Below are positions 11,912-26,900 of a stretch of DNA of 64,000 nucleotides, in pieces. The stretch's first letter is position 1; the number at the start of each line of letters is the position of its first letter. The notes under the pieces are model-generated. The model saw only the letters and a list, made by a program, of their open reading frames with translations, did no database searches and was not told the DNA's origin. A program made the position numbers and the translations under genes. The stretch is from Eledone cirrhosa (Eukaryota), in contig OZ024741.1 of the NCBI GenBank assembly GCA_964016885.1, forward strand, positions 250,294,001 to 250,358,000, in the 5' to 3' direction.

Positions 11912-14900
11912 TCAGGGGGAGATAATTTGTAAAAAAAAAATCAGGGGGAGATAATTTGTAAAAAAAATCAGGGGGAGATAATTTGTAGAAAAAATCAGGG
12001 GTAGATAATTTGTAAAAAAAATCAGGGGGAGATAATTTGTAAAAAAAATCAGGGGGAGATAATTTGTAAAAAAAATCAGGGGTAGATAATTTTCAGCCGT
12101 CCAAGGGGAGATAATTTCCATCCTTCCAAGGGGAGATAATTTCCAGCCGTCCAAGGGGAGATAATTTCCCGCCAGCCAAGGAGAGATAACATTTAAAAAA
12201 ATCAGGCGGAGATAATTTGTAAAAAAAATCAGGGGGAGATAATTTGTAAAAAAATCAGGGGGAGATAATTTGTAAAAAAAATCAGGGGTAGATAATTTCC
12301 AGCCGTCCAAGGGGAGATAATTTCCCGCCAGCCAAGGAGAGATAATATTTAAAAAAATCAGGCGGAGATAATTTGTAAAAAAAATCAGGGGGAGATAATT
12401 TGTAAAAAAATCAGGGGGAGATAATTTGTAAAAAAAAATCAGGGGGAGATAATTTGTAAAAAAAATCAGGGGGAGATAATTTGTAAAAAAAAATCAGGGG
12501 TAGATAATTTGTAAAAAAAAATCAGGGGGAGATAATTTGTAAAAAAAAAATCAGGGGGAGATAATTTGTAAAAAAATCAAGGGGAGATAATTTCCAGCCG
12601 GCCAAGGGGAGATAATTTTCAGCCGTCCAAGGAGAGGTAATTTCTAGCCGTCCAAGGGGAGATAATTTCCAGCCGTCCAAGGGGAGATAATTTTTAAAAA
12701 AAAATCAGGCGGAGATAATTTGTAAACAAAAATCAGGGGGAGATAATTTGTAAAAAAAAATCAGGGGGAGATAATTTGTAAAAAAAAAATCAGGGGGTGA
12801 TAATTTGTAAAAAAATCAAGGGGAGATAATTTCCAGCCGTCCAAGGGGAGATAATTTTCAGCCGTCCAAGGAGAGGTAATTTCTAGCCGTCCAAGGGGAG
12901 ATAATTTCCAGCCAGCCAAGGGGAGATAATTTGTAAAAAAATCAGGGGTAGATAATTTGTAAAAAAAAATCAGGGGGAGATAATTTGTAAAAAAAATCAG
13001 GGGGAGATAATTTGTAAAAAAAATCAGGGGTAGATAATTTCCAGCCGTCCAAGGGGAGATAATTTCCATCCTTCCAAGGGGAGATAATTTCCAGCCGTCC
13101 AAGGGGAGATAATTTCCCGCCAGCCAAGGAGAGATAATATTTAAAAAAATCAGGCGGAGATAATTTGTAAAAAAAATCAGGGGGAGATAATTTGTAAAAA
13201 AATCAGGGGGAGATAATTTGTAAAAAAAAATTAGGGGAGATAATTTGTAAAAAAAATCAGGGGGAGATAATTTGTAAAAAAAAATCAGGGGTAGATAATT
13301 TGTAAAAAAAAATCAGGGGGAGATAATTTGTAAAAAAAAAATCAGGGGGAGATAATTTGTAAAAAAATCAAGGGGAGATAATTTCCAGCCGTCCAAGGGG
13401 AGATAATTTTCAGCCGTCCAAGGAGGTAATTTCTAGCCGTCCAAGGGGAGATAATTTCCAGCCGTCCAAGGGGAGATAATTTTTTTAAAAAAATCAGGCG
13501 GAGATAATTTGTAAACAAAAATCAGGGGGAGATAATTTGTAAAAAAAAATCAGGGGGAGATAATTTGTAAAAAAAAATCAGGGGGAGATAATTTGTAAAA
13601 AAAATCAAGGGGAGATAATTTCCAGCCGTCCAAGGGGAGGTAATATCTAGCCATCCAAGGGGAGATAATTCCCAGCCGTCCAAGGGGAGATAATTTCCAG
13701 CAGTCCAAGGGGAGATAATATCCAGCCGTCCAAGGAGACATATTTTCCAGCCGTCCAAGGAGAGGTAATTTCTAGCCGTCCAAGGGGAGATAAGTTCCAG
13801 CCTCCAAGGGGAGAAAATTTCCAGCCAGCCAAGGGGAGATAATTTGTAAAAAAATCAGGGGGAGATAATTTGTAAAAAAAAAATCAGGGGGAGATAATTT
13901 GTAAAAAAATCAGGGGGAGATAATTTGTAAAAAAAAAATCAGGGGGAGATAATTTGTAAAAAAAATCAGGGGGAGATAATTTGTAGAAAAAATCAGGGGT
14001 AGATAATTTGTAAAAAAAATCAGGGGGAGATAATTTGTAAAAAAAATCAGGGGGAGATAATTTGTAAAAAAAATCAGGGGTAGATAATTTTCAGCCGTCC
14101 AAGGGGAGATAATTTCCATCCTTCCAAGGGGAGATAATTTCCAGCCGTCCAAGGGGAGATAATTTCCCGCCAGCCAAGGAGAGATAACATTTAAAAAAAT
14201 CAGGCGGAGATAATTTGTAAAAAAAATCAGGGGGAGATAATTTGTAAAAAAATCAGGGGGAGATAATTTGTAAAAAAAATCAGGGGTAGATAATTTCCAG
14301 CCGTCCAAGGGGAGATAATTTCCCGCCAGCCAAGGAGAGATAATATTTAAAAAAATCAGGCGGAGATAATTTGTAAAAAAAATCAGGGGGAGATAATTTG
14401 TAAAAAAATCAGGGGGAGATAATTTGTAAAAAAAAATCAGGGGGAGATAATTTGTAAAAAAAATCAGGGGGAGATAATTTGTAAAAAAAAATCAGGGGTA
14501 GATAATTTGTAAAAAAAAATCAGGGGGAGATAATTTGTAAAAAAAAAATCAGGGGGAGATAATTTGTAAAAAAATCAAGGGGAGATAATTTCCAGCCGGC
14601 CAAGGGGAGATAATTTTCAGCCGTCCAAGGAGAGGTAATTTCTAGCCGTCCAAGGGGAGATAATTTCCAGCCGTCCAAGGGGAGATAATTTTTTAAAAAA
14701 AATCAGGCGGAGATAATTTGTAAACAAAAATCAGGGGGAGATAATTTGTAAAAAAAAATCAGGGGGAGATAATTTGTAAAAAAAAAATCAGGGGGTGATA
14801 ATTTGTAAAAAAATCAAGGGGAGATAATTTCCAGCCGTCCAAGGGGAGATAATTTTCAGCCGTCCACGGAGAGGTAATTTCTAGCCGTCCAAGGGGAGAT

Positions 14901-17900
14901 AATTTCCAGCCAGCCAAGGGGAGATAATTTGTAAAAAAATCAGGGGTAGATAATTTGTAAAAAAAAATCAGGGGGAGATAATTTGTAAAAAAAATCAGGG
15001 GGAGATAATTTGTAAAAAAAATCAGGGGTAGATAATTTCCAGCCGTCCAAGGGGAGATAATTTCCATCCTTCCAAGGGGAGATAATTTCCAGCCGTCCAA
15101 GGGGAGATAATTTCCCGCCAGCCAAGGAGAGATAACATTTAAAAAAATCAGGCGGAGATAATTTGTAAAAAAAATCAGGGGGAGATAATTTGTAAAAAAA
15201 TCAGGGGGAGATAATTTGTAAAAAAAATCAGGGGTAGATAATTTCCAGCCGTCCAAGGGGAGATAATTTCCATCCTTCCAAGGGGAGATAATTTCCAGCC
15301 GTCCAAGGGGAGATAATTTCCCGCCAGCCAAGGAGAGATAATATTTAAAAAAATCAGGCGGAGATAATTTGTAAAAAAAATCAGGGGGAGATAATTTGTA
15401 AAAAAATCAGGGGGAGATAATTTGTAAAAAAAAATCAGGGGAGATAATTTGTAAAAAAAATCAGGGGGAGATAATTTGTAAAAAAAAATCAGGGGTAGAT
15501 AATTTGTAAAAAAAAATCAGGGGGAGATAATTTGTAAAAAAAAAATCAGGGGGAGATAATTTGTAAAAAAATCAAGGGGAGATAATTTCCAGCCGTCCAA
15601 GGGGAGATAATTTTCAGCCGTCCAAGGAGGTAATTTCTAGCCGTCCAAGGGGAGATAATTTCCAGCCGTCCAAGGGGAGATAATTTTTTTAAAAAAATCA
15701 GGCGGAGATAATTTGTAAACAAAAATCAGGGGGAGATAATTTGTAAAAAAAAATCAGGGGGAGATAATTTGTAAAAAAAAAATCAGGGGGTGATAATTTG
15801 TAAAAAAATCAAGGGGAGATAATTTCCAGCCGTCCAAGGGGAGATAATTTTCAGCCGTCCAAGGAGAGGTAATTTCTAGCCGTCCAAGGGGAGATAATTT
15901 CCAGCCAGCCAAGGGGAGATAATTTGTAAAAAAATCAGGGGTAGATAATTTGTAAAAAAAAATCAGGGGGAGATAATTTGTAAAAAAAATCAGGGGGAGA
16001 TAATTTGTAAAAAAAATCAGGGGTAGATAATTTCCAGCCGTCCAAGGGGAGATAATTTCCATCCTTCCAAGGGGAGATAATTTCCAGCCGTCCAAGGGGA
16101 GATAATTTCCCGCCAGCCAAGGAGAGATAATATTTAAAAAAATCAGGCGGAGATAATTTGTAAAAAAAATCAGGGGGAGATAATTTGTAAAAAAATCAGG
16201 GGGAGATAATTTGTAAAAAAAAATCAGGGGGAGATAATTTGTAAAAAAAATCAGGGGGAGATAATTTGTAAAAAAAAATCAGGGGTAGATAATTTGTAAA
16301 AAAAAATCAGGGGGAGATAATTTGTAAAAAAAAAATCAGGGGGAGATAATTTGTAAAAAAATCAAGGGGAGATAATTTCCAGCCGTCCAAGGGGAGATAA
16401 TTTTCAGCCGTCCAAGGAGAGGTAATTTCTAGCCGTCCAAGGGGAGATAATTTCCAGCCGTCCAAGGGGAGATAATTTTTTTTTAAAAATCAGGCGGAGA
16501 TAATTTGTAAACAAAAATCAGGGGGAGATAATTTGTAAAAAAAAATCAGGGGGAGATAATTTGTAAAAAAAAATCAGGGGGAGATAATTTGTAAAAAAAA
16601 TCAAGGGGAGATAATTTCCAGCCGTCCAAGGGGAGGTAATATCTAGCCATCCAAGGGGAGATAATTTCCAGCCGTCCAAGGGGAGATAATTTCCAGCCGT
16701 CCAAGGGGAGATAATATCCAGCCGTCCAAGGAGACATATTTTCCAGCCGTCCAAGGAGACGTAATTTCTAGCCGTCCAAGGGGAGATAAGTTCCAGCCTC
16801 CAAGGGGAGATAATTTCCAGCCAGCCAAGGGGAGATAATTTGTAAAAAAATTAGGGGGAGATAATTTGTAAAAAAAAATTAGGGGGAGATAATTTGTAAA
16901 AAAAAATCAGGGGGAGATAATTTGTAAAAAAAAATCAGGGGGAGATAATTTGTAAAAAAAATCAAGGGGAGATAATTTCCAGCCGTCCAAGGGGAGATAA
17001 TTTTCAGCCGTCCAAGGAGAGGTAAATTCTAGCCGTCCAAGGAGATATAATTTCCAGCCGTCCAAGGGGAGATAATTTCCAGCCGTCCAAGGGGAGGTAA
17101 TATCTAGCCATCCAAGGGGAGATAATTTCCAGCCGTCCAAGGGGAGATAATATCCAGCCGTCCAAGGAGACATATTTTCCAGCCGTCCAAGGAGAGGTAA
17201 TTTCTAGCCGTCCAAGGGGAGATAAGTTCCAGCCTCCAAGGGGAGATAATTTCCAGCCAGCCAAGGGGAGATAATTTGTAAAAAAATCAGGGGGGAGATA
17301 ATTTGTAAAAAAAATCAGGGGGAGATAATTTGAAAAAAAAATCAGGGGGAGATAATTTGTAAAAAATATCAAGGGGAGATAATTTCCAGCCCTCCAAGGG
17401 GCTATAATTTCCAGCCGTGCAAGGGGAGATAATTTCCAGCCGTCCAAGGGGAGATAATTTCCATCCTTCCAAGGGGAGATAATTTCCAGCCGTCCAAGGG
17501 GAGATAATTTCCCGCCAGCCAAGGGAAGATAATTTTTTAAAAAATCAGGCGGAGATTGTAAAAAAAATCAGTGGGAGATAATTTGTAAAAAAATCAGGGG
17601 GAGATAATTTGTAAAAAAAAAATCAGGGGGAGATAATTTGTAAAAAAAAATCAGGGGGAGATAATTTGTAAAAAAAATCAGGGGGAGATAATTTGTAAAA
17701 AAAATCAGGGGTAGATAATTTGTAAAAAAAATCAGGGGGAGATAATTTGTAAAAAAAATCAGGGGGAGATAATTTGTAAAAAAAATCAGGGGTAGATAAT
17801 TTTCAGCCGTCCAAGGGGAGATAATTTCCATCCTTCCAAGGGGAGATAATTTCCAGCCGTCCAAGGGGAGATAATTTCCCGCCAGCCAAGGAGAGATAAC

Positions 17901-18800
17901 ATTTAAAAAAATCAGGCGGAGATAATTTGTAAAAAAATCAGGGGGAGATAATTTGTAAAAAAAATCAGGGGTAGATAATTTCCAGCCGTCCAAGGGGAGA
18001 TAATTTCCATCCTTCCAAGGGGAGATAATTTCCAGCCGTCCAAGGGGAGATAATTTCCCGCCAGCCAAGGAGAGATAATATTTAAAAAAATCAGGCGGAG
18101 ATAATTTGTAAAAAAAATCAGGGGGAGATAATTTGTAAAAAAATCAGGGGGAGATAATTTGTAAAAAAAAATCAGGGGGAGATAATTTGTAAAAAAAAAT
18201 CAGGGGGAGATAATTTGTAAAAAAAAATCAGGGGTAGATAATTTGTAAAAAAAAATCAGGGGGAGATAATTTGTAAAAAAAAAATCAGGGGGAGATAATT
18301 TGTAAAAAAATCAAGGGGAGATAATTTCCAGCCGTCCAAGGGGAGATAATTTTCAGCCGTCCAAGGAGAGGTAATTTCTAGCCGTCCAAGGGGAGATAAT
18401 TTCCAGCCGTCCAAGGGGAGATAATTTTTTTAAAAAAATCAGGCGGAGATAATTTGTAAACAAAAATCAGGGGGAGATAATTTGTAAAAAAAAATCAGGG
18501 GGAGATAATTTGTAAAAAAAATCAAGGGGAGATAATTTGTAAAAAAAAATCAGGGGTAGATAATTTGTAAAAAAAAATCAGGGGGAGATAATTTGTAAAA
18601 AAAAAATCAGGGGGAGATAATTTGTAAAAAAATCAAGGGGAGATAATTTCCAGCCGTCCAAGGGGAGATAATTTTCAGCCGTCCAAGGAGAGGTAATTTC
18701 TAGCCGTCCAAGGGGAGATAATTTCCAGCCAGCCAAGGGGAGATAATTTGTAAAAAAATCAGGGGTAGATAATTTGTAAAAAAAAATCAGGGGGAGATAA
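11890..18800 (+). repeat. Copy 2 of the ~6.9 kb block (offset 7931-7932 bp)
   Basis: Same evidence as copy 1; the two copies diverge at about 10870/18800. Confidence 0.92.
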
Positions 18801-21800
18801 TTTGTAAAAAAAATCAGGGGGAGATAATTTGTAAAAAAAATCAGGGGTAGATAATTTCCAGCCGTCCAAGCGGAGATAATTTCCATCCTTCCAAGGGGAG
18901 ATAATTTCCAGCCGTCCAAGGGGAGATAATTTCCCGCCAGCCAAGGAGAGATAACATTTAAAAAAATCAGGCGGAGATAATTTGTAAAAAAAATCAGGGG
19001 GAGATAATTTGTAAAAAAATCAGGGGGAGATAATTTGTAAAAAAAATCAGGGGTAGATAATTTCCAGCCGTCCAAGGGGAGATAATTTCCATCCTTCCAA
19101 GGGGAGATAATTTCCAGCCGTCCAAGGGGAGATAATTTCCCGCCAGCCAAGGAGAGATAATATTTAAAAAAATCAGGCGGAGATAATTTGTAAAAAAAAT
19201 CAGGGGGAGATAATTTGTAAAAAAATCAGGGGGAGATAATTTGTAAAAAAAAATCAGGGGAGATAATTTGTAAAAAAAATCAGGGGGAGATAATTTGTAA
19301 AAAAAAATCAGGGGTAGATAATTTGTAAAAAAAAATCAGGGGGAGATAATTTGTAAAAAAAAAATCAGGGGGAGATAATTTGTAAAAAAATCAAGGGGAG
19401 ATAATTTCCAGCCGTCCAAGGGGAGATAATTTTCAGCCGTCCAAGGAGGTAATTTCTAGCCGTCCAAGGGGAGATAATTTCCAGCCGTCCAAGGGGAGAT
19501 AATTTTTTTTAAAAAATCAGGCGGAGATAATTTGTAAACAAAAATCAGGGGGAGATAATTTGTAAAAAAAAATCAGGGGGAGATAATTTGTAAAAAAAAA
19601 TCAGGGGGAGATAATTTGTAAAAAAAATCAAGGGGAGATAATTTCCAGCCGTCCAAGGGGAGGTAATATCTAGCCATCCAAGGGGAGATAATTCCCAGCC
19701 GTCCAAGGGGAGATAATTTCCAGCCGTCCAAGGGGAGATAATATCCAGCCGTCCAAGGAGACATATTTTCCAGCCGTCCAAGGAGAGGTAATTTCTAGCC
19801 GTCCAAGGGGAGATAAGTTCCAGCCTCCAAGGGGAGAAAATTTCCAGCCAGCCAAGGGGAGATAATTTGTAAAAAAATCAGGGGGAGATAATTTGTAAAA
19901 AAAAAATCAGGGGGAGATAATTTGTAAAAAAATCAGGGGGAGATAATTTGTAAAAAAAAAATCAGGGGGAGATAATTTGTAAAAAAAATCAGGGGGAGAT
20001 AATTTGTAGAAAAAATCAGGGGTAGATAATTTGTAAAAAAAATCAGGGGGAGATAATTTGTAAAAAAAATCAGGGGGAGATAATTTGTAAAAAAAATCAG
20101 GGGTAGATAATTTTCAGCCGTCCAAGGGGAGATAATTTCCATCCTTCCAAGGGGAGATAATTTCCAGCCGTCCAAGGGGAGATAATTTCCCGCCAGCCAA
20201 GGAGAGATAACATTTAAAAAAATCAGGCGGAGATAATTTGTAAAATAAATCAGGGGGAGATAATTTGTAAAAAAATCAGGGGGAGATAATTTGTAAAAAA
20301 AATCAGGGGTAGATAATTTCCAGCCGTCCAAGGGGAGATAATTTCCCGCCAGCCAAGGAGAGATAATATTTAAAAAAATCAGGCGGAGATAATTTGTAAA
20401 AAAAATCAGGGGGAGATAATTTGTAAAAAAATCAGGGGGAGATAATTTGTAAAAAAAAATCAGGGGGAGATAATTTGTAAAAAAAATCAGGGGGAGATAA
20501 TTTGTAAAAAAAAATCAGGGGTAGATAATTTGTAAAAAAAAATCAGGGGGAGATAATTTGTAAAAAAAAAATCAGGGGGAGATAATTTGTAAAAAAATCA
20601 AGGGGAGATAATTTCCAGCCGGCCAAGGGGAGATAATTTTCAGCCGTCCAAGGAGAGGTAATTTCTAGCCGTCCAAGGGGAGATAATTTCCAGCCGTCCA
20701 AGGGGAGATAATTTTTTTAAAAAAATCAGGCGGAGATAATTTGTAAACAAAAATCAGGGGGAGATAATTTGTAAAAAAAAATCAGGGGGAGATAATTTGT
20801 AAAAAAAAAATCAGGGGGTGATAATTTGTAAAAAAATCAAGGGGAGATAATTTCCAGCCGTCCAAGGGGAGATAATTTTCAGCCGTCCAAGGAGAGGTAA
20901 TTTCTAGCCGTCCAAGGGGAGATAATTTCCAGCCAGCCAAGGGGAGATAATTTGTAAAAAAATCAGGGGTAGATAATTTGTAAAAAAAAATCAGGGGGAG
21001 ATAATTTGTAAAAAAAATCAGGGGGAGATAATTTGTAAAAAAAATCAGGGGTAGATAATTTCCAGCCGTCCAAGGGGAGATAATTTCCATCCTTCCAAGG
21101 GGAGATAATTTCCAGCCGTCCAAGGGGAGATAATTTCCCGCCAGCCAAGGAGAGATAACATTTAAAAAAATCAGGCGGAGATAATTTGTAAAAAAAATCA
21201 GGGGGAGATAATTTGTAAAAAAATCAGGGGGAGATAATTTGTAAAAAAAATCAGGGGTAGATAATTTCCAGCCGTCCAAGGGGAGATAATTTCCATCCTT
21301 CCAAGGGGAGATAATTTCCAGCCGTCCAAGGGGAGATAATTTCCCGCCAGCCAAGGAGAGATAATATTTAAAAAAATCAGGCGGAGATAATTTGTAAAAA
21401 AAATCAGGGGGAGATAATTTGTAAAAAAATCAGGGGGAGATAATTTGTAAAAAAAAATCAGGGGAGATAATTTGTAAAAAAAATCAGGGGGAGATAATTT
21501 GTAAAAAAAAATCAGGGGTAGATAATTTGTAAAAAAAAATCAGGGGGAGATAATTTGTAAAAAAAAAATCAGGGCGAGATAATTTGTAAAAAAATCAAGG
21601 GGAGATAATTTCCAGCCGTCCAAGGGGAGATAATTTTCAGCCGTCCAAGGAGGTAATTTCTAGCCGTCCAAGGGGAGATAATTTCCAGCCGTCCAAGGGG
21701 AGATAATTTTTTTAAAAAAATCAGGCGGAGATAATTTGTAAACAAAAATCAGGGGGAGATAATTTGTAAAAAAAAATCAGGGGGAGATAATTTGTAAAAA

Positions 21801-22540
21801 AAAATCAGGGGGAGATAATTTGTAAAAAAAATCAAGGGGAGATAATTTCCAGCCGTCCAAGTGGAGGTAATATCTAGCCATCCAAGGGGAGATAATTTCC
21901 AGCCGTCCAAGGGGAGATAATTTCCAGCCGTCCAAGGGGAGATAATATCCAGCCGTCCAAGGAGACATATTTTCCAGCCGTCCAAGGAGAGGTAATTTCT
22001 AGCCGTCCAAGGGGAGATAAGTTCCAGCCTCCAAGGGGAGATAATTTCCAGCCAGCCAAGGGGAGATAATTTGTAAAAAAATCAGGGGGAGATAATTTGT
22101 AAAAAAAAAATCAGGGGGAGATAATTTGTAAAAAAATCAGGGGGAGATAATTTGTAAAAAAAAAATCAGGGGGAGATAATTTGTAAAAAAAATCAGGGGG
22201 AGATAATTTGTAGAAAAAATCAGGGGTAGATAATTTGTAAAAAAAATCAGGGGGAGATAATTTGTAAAAAAAATCAGGGGGAGATAATTTGTAAAAAAAA
22301 TCAGGGGTAGATAATTTTCAGCCGTCCAAGGGGAGATAATTTCCATCCTTCCAAGGGGAGATAATTTCCAGCCGTCCAAGGGGAGATAATTTCCCGCCAG
22401 ACAAGGAGAGATAACATTTAAAAAAATCAGGCGGAGATAATTTGTAAAAAAAATCAGGGGGAGATAATTTGTAAAAAAATCAGGGGGAGATAATTTGTAA
22501 AAAAAATCAGGGGTAGATAATTTCCAGCCGTCCAAGGGGA
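18570..22540 (+). repeat. 2204-bp higher-order repeat (~1.8 copies), equal to the 1998-bp HOR plus one extra 206-bp A4B4 module
   Basis: ORF pairs 18578/20782, 18759/20963, 19545/21749 and 19933/22137 all differ by 2204. The extra module sums to 26+27+26+27+4x25 = 206 bp and is also seen at ~7194-7400. Confidence 0.88.
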
Positions 22541-23999
22541 GATAATTTCCATCCTTGCAAGGGGAGATAATTTCCAGCCGTCCAAGGGGAGATAATTTCC
22601 CGCCAGCCAAGGAGAGATAATATTTAAAAAAATCAGGCGGAGATAATTTGTAAAAAAAATCAGGGGGAGATAATTTGTAAAAAAATCAGGGGGAGATAAT
22701 TTGTAAAAAAAAATCACGGGGAGATAATTTGTAAAAAAAATCAGGGGTAGATAATTTGTAAAAAAAAATCAGGGGGAGATAATTTGTAAAAAAAAAATCA
22801 GGGGGAGATAATTTGTAAAAAAATCAAGGGGAGATAATTTCCAGCCGTCCAAGGGGAGATAATTTTCAGCCGTCCAAGGAGAGGTAATTTATAGCCGTCC
22901 AAGGGGAGATAATTTCCAGCCGTCCAAGGGGAGATAATTTTTAAAAAAAAATCAGGTGGAGATAATTTGTAAACAAAAATCAGGGGGAGATAATTTGTAA
23001 AAAAAAATCAGGGGGAGATAATTTGTAAAAAAAAATCAGGGGGAGATAATTTGTAAAAAAAATCAAGGGGAGATAATTTCCAGCCGTCCAAGGGGAGGTA
23101 ATATCTAGCCATCCAAGGGGAGATAATTTCCAGCCGTCCAAGGGGAGATAATTTCCAGCCGTCCAAGGGGAGATAATATCCAGCCGTCCAAGGAGACATA
23201 TTTTCCAGCCGTCCAAGGAGACGTAATTTCTAGCCGTCCAAGGGGAGATAAGTTCCAGCCTCCAAGGGGAGATAATTTCCAGCCAGCCAAGGGGAGATAA
23301 TTTGTAAAAAAATCAGGGGGAGATAATTTGTAAAAAAGAATTAGGGGGAGATAATTTGTAAAAAAAAATCAGGGGGAGATAATTTGTAAAAAAAAATCAG
23401 GGGGAGATAATTTGTAAAAAAAATCAAGGGGAGATAATTTCCAGCCGTCCAAGGGGAGATAATTTTCAGCCGTCCAAGGAGAGGTAAATTCTAGCCGTCC
23501 AAGGAGATATAATTTCCAGCCGTCCAAGGGGAGATAATTTCCAGCCGTCCAAGGGGAGATAATTTTTTTAAAAAAATCAGGCGGAGATAATTTGTAAACA
23601 AAAATCAGGGGGAGATAATTTTTAAAAAAAAATCAGGGGGAGATAATTTGTAAAAAAAAATCAGGGGGAGATAATTTGTAAAAAAAAATCAAGGGGAGAT
23701 AATTTCCAGCCGTCCAAGGGGAGGTAATATCTAGCCATCCAAGGGGAGATAATTTCCAGCCGTCCAAGGGGAGATAATTTCCAGCCGTCCAAGGGGAGAT
23801 AATATCCAGCCGTCCAAGGAGACATATTTTCCAGCCGTCCAAGGAGAGGTAATTTCTAGCCGTCCAAGGGGAGATAAGTTCCAGCCTCCAAGGGGAGATA
23901 ATTTCCAGCCAGCCAAGGGGAGATAATTTGTAAAAAAATCAGGGGGGAGATAATTTGTAAAAAAAATCAGGGGGAGATAATTTGAAAAAAAAATCAGGG

Positions 24000-26900
24000 G
24001 GAGATAATTTGTAAAAAATATCAAGGGGAGATAATTTCCAGCCCTCCAAGGGGCTATAATTTCCAGCCGTGCAAGGGGAGATAATTTCCAGCCGTCCAAG
24101 GGGAGATAATTTCCATCCTTCCAAGGGGAGATAATTTCCAGCCGTCCAAGGGGAGATAATTTCCCGCCAGCCAAGGGAAGATAATTTTTTAAAAAATCAG
24201 GCGGAGATTGTAAAAAAAATCAGGGGGAGATAATTTGTAAAAAAATCAGGGGGAGATAATTTGTAAAAAAAAATCAGGGGGAGATAATTTGCAAAAAAAA
24301 ATCAGGGGGAGATAATTTGTAAAAAAAATCAGGGGTAGATAATTTGTAAAAAAAATCAGGGGGAGATAATTTGTAAAAAAAATCAGGGGGAGATAATTTG
24401 TAAAAAAAATCAAGGGGAGATAATTTGCAGCCGTCCAAGGGGAGATAATTTTCAGCCGTCCAAGGAGAGATAATTTCTAGCCGTCCAAGGGGAGATAATT
24501 TCCAGCCGTCCAAGGGGAGATAATTTCCAGCCGTCCAAGGGGAGATAATTTTTAAAGAAAAATCAGACGGAGATAATTTGTAAAAAAAAAATCAGGGGGA
24601 GATAATTTGTAAAACAAAATCAGGGGGAGATAATTTGTAAAAAAAGATCAGGGGTAGATAATTTGTAAAAAAAATCAAGGGGAGATAATTTCCAGCCGTC
24701 CAAGGGAAGATAATTTCCAGCCCTCCAAGGGGCTATAATTTCCAGCGTCCAAGGGGAGATAATTTCCAGCCAGCGAAGAGGAGATAATTTTTTTTTAAAA
24801 ATCATTGGGAGATTTGTAAAAAAAATCAGGGGGAGATAATTTGTAAAAAAAATCAGGGGTAGATAATTTGTAAAAAAAAATCAGGGGGAGACAATTTGTA
24901 AAAAAAAAATCAGGGGGAGATAATTTGTAAAAAATTCAAGGGGAGATAATTTCCAGCCGTCCAAGGGAAGATAATTTCCAGCCGTCCAAGGGGAGATAAT
25001 TTTTAAAAAAAAATCAGGCGCAGATAAGTTGTAAAAAAAAATCAGGTGGAGATAATTTGTAAAAAAAAATCAGGGGGAGATAATTTGTAAAAAAAATCAA
25101 GGGGAGATAATTTCCAGCCGTCCAAGGGAAGATAATTTCCAGCCCTCCAAGGGGCTATAATTTCCAGCGTCCAAGGGGAGATAATTTCCAGCCAGGGAAG
25201 GGTAGATAATTTTTTTTTAAAAATCACTGGGAGATTTGTAAAAAAAATCAGGGGGAGATAATTTGTAAAAAACTCAAGGGGTGATAATTTCCAGCCGTCC
25301 AAAGAGAGATAATTTCTAGCCGTCCAAGGGGAGATAATTTCCAGCCGTCCAAGGGGAGATAATTTCCCGCCAGCCAAGGGAAGATAATATTTAAAAAAAT
25401 CAGGCGGAGATAATTTGTAAAAAAAATCAGGGGGAGATAATTTGTAAAAAAATCAGGGGGAGATAATTTGTAAAAAAAATCAGGGGGAGATAATTTGTAA
25501 AAAAAATCAGGGGGAGATAATTTGTAAAAAAAAATCAGGGGGAGATAATTTGTAAAAAAAATCAAGGGGAGATAATTTCCAGCCGTCCAAGGGGAGATAA
25601 TTTTCAACCGTCCAAGGGGAGATAATTTCCCGCCAGCCAAGGGAAGATAATATTTAAAATAATCAGGCGGAGATAATTTGTAAAAAAAATCAGCGGGAGA
25701 TAATTTGTAAAAAAATCAGGGGGAGATAATTTGTAAAAAAAAAATCAGGGGGAGATAATTTGTAAAAAAAATCAGGGGGAGATAATTTGTAAAAAAAATC
25801 AGGGCTAGATAATTTGTAAAAAAAAATCAGGGGGAGATAATTTGTAAAAAAAATCAGGGGGAGATAATTTGTAAAAAAAATCAGGGGTAGATAATTTCCA
25901 GCCGTCCAAGGGGAGATAATTTCCATCCTTCCAAGGGGAGATAATTTCCAGCCGTCCAAGGGGAGATAATTTCCCGCCAGCCAAGGAGAGATAATATTTA
26001 AAAAAATCAGGCGGAGATAATTTGTAAAAAAAATCAGGGGGAGATAATTTGTAAAAAAATCAGGGGGAGATAATTTGTAAAAAAAAAATCAGGGGGAGAT
26101 AATTTGTAAAAAAAATCAGGGGGAGATAATTTGTAAAAAAAAATCAGGGGTAGATAATTTGTAAAAAAAAATCAGGGGGAGATAATTTGTAAAAAAAAAA
26201 TCAGGGGGAGATAATTTGTAAAAAAATCAAGGGGAGATAATTTCCAGCCGTCCAAGGGGAGATAATTTTCAGCCGTCCAAGGAGAGGTAATTTCTAGCCG
26301 TCCAAGGGGAGATAATTTCCAGCCGTCCAAGGGGAGATAATTTTTTAAAAAAAATCAGGCGGAGATAATTTGTAAACAAAAATCAGGGGGAGATAATTTG
26401 TAAAAAAAAATCAGGGGGAGATAATTTGTAAAAAAAAATCAGGGAGATAATTTGTAAAAAAAATCAAGGGGAGATAATTTCCAGCCGTCCAAGGGGAGGT
26501 AATATCTAGCCATCCAAGGGGAGATAATTTCCAGCCGTCCAAGGGGAGATAATTTCCAGCCGTCCAAGGGGAGATAATATCTAGCCGTCCAAGGAGACAT
26601 ATTTTCCAGCCGTCCAAGGAGAGGTAATTTCTAGCCGTCCAAGGAGAGATAATTTCCAGGCGTCCAAGGGGAGATAATTTCCAGCCAGCCAAGGGGAGAT
26701 AATTTGTAAAAAAATCAGGGGTAGATAATTTGTAAAAAAAAATCAGGGGGAGATAATTTGTAAAAAAAAATCAGGGGGAGATAATTTGTAAAAAAAATCA
26801 AGGGGAGATAATTTCCAGCCGTCCAAGGGAAGATAATTTTCAGCCGTCCAAGGAGAGGTAATTTCTAGCCGTCCAAGGGGAGATAAGTTCCAGCCTCCAA

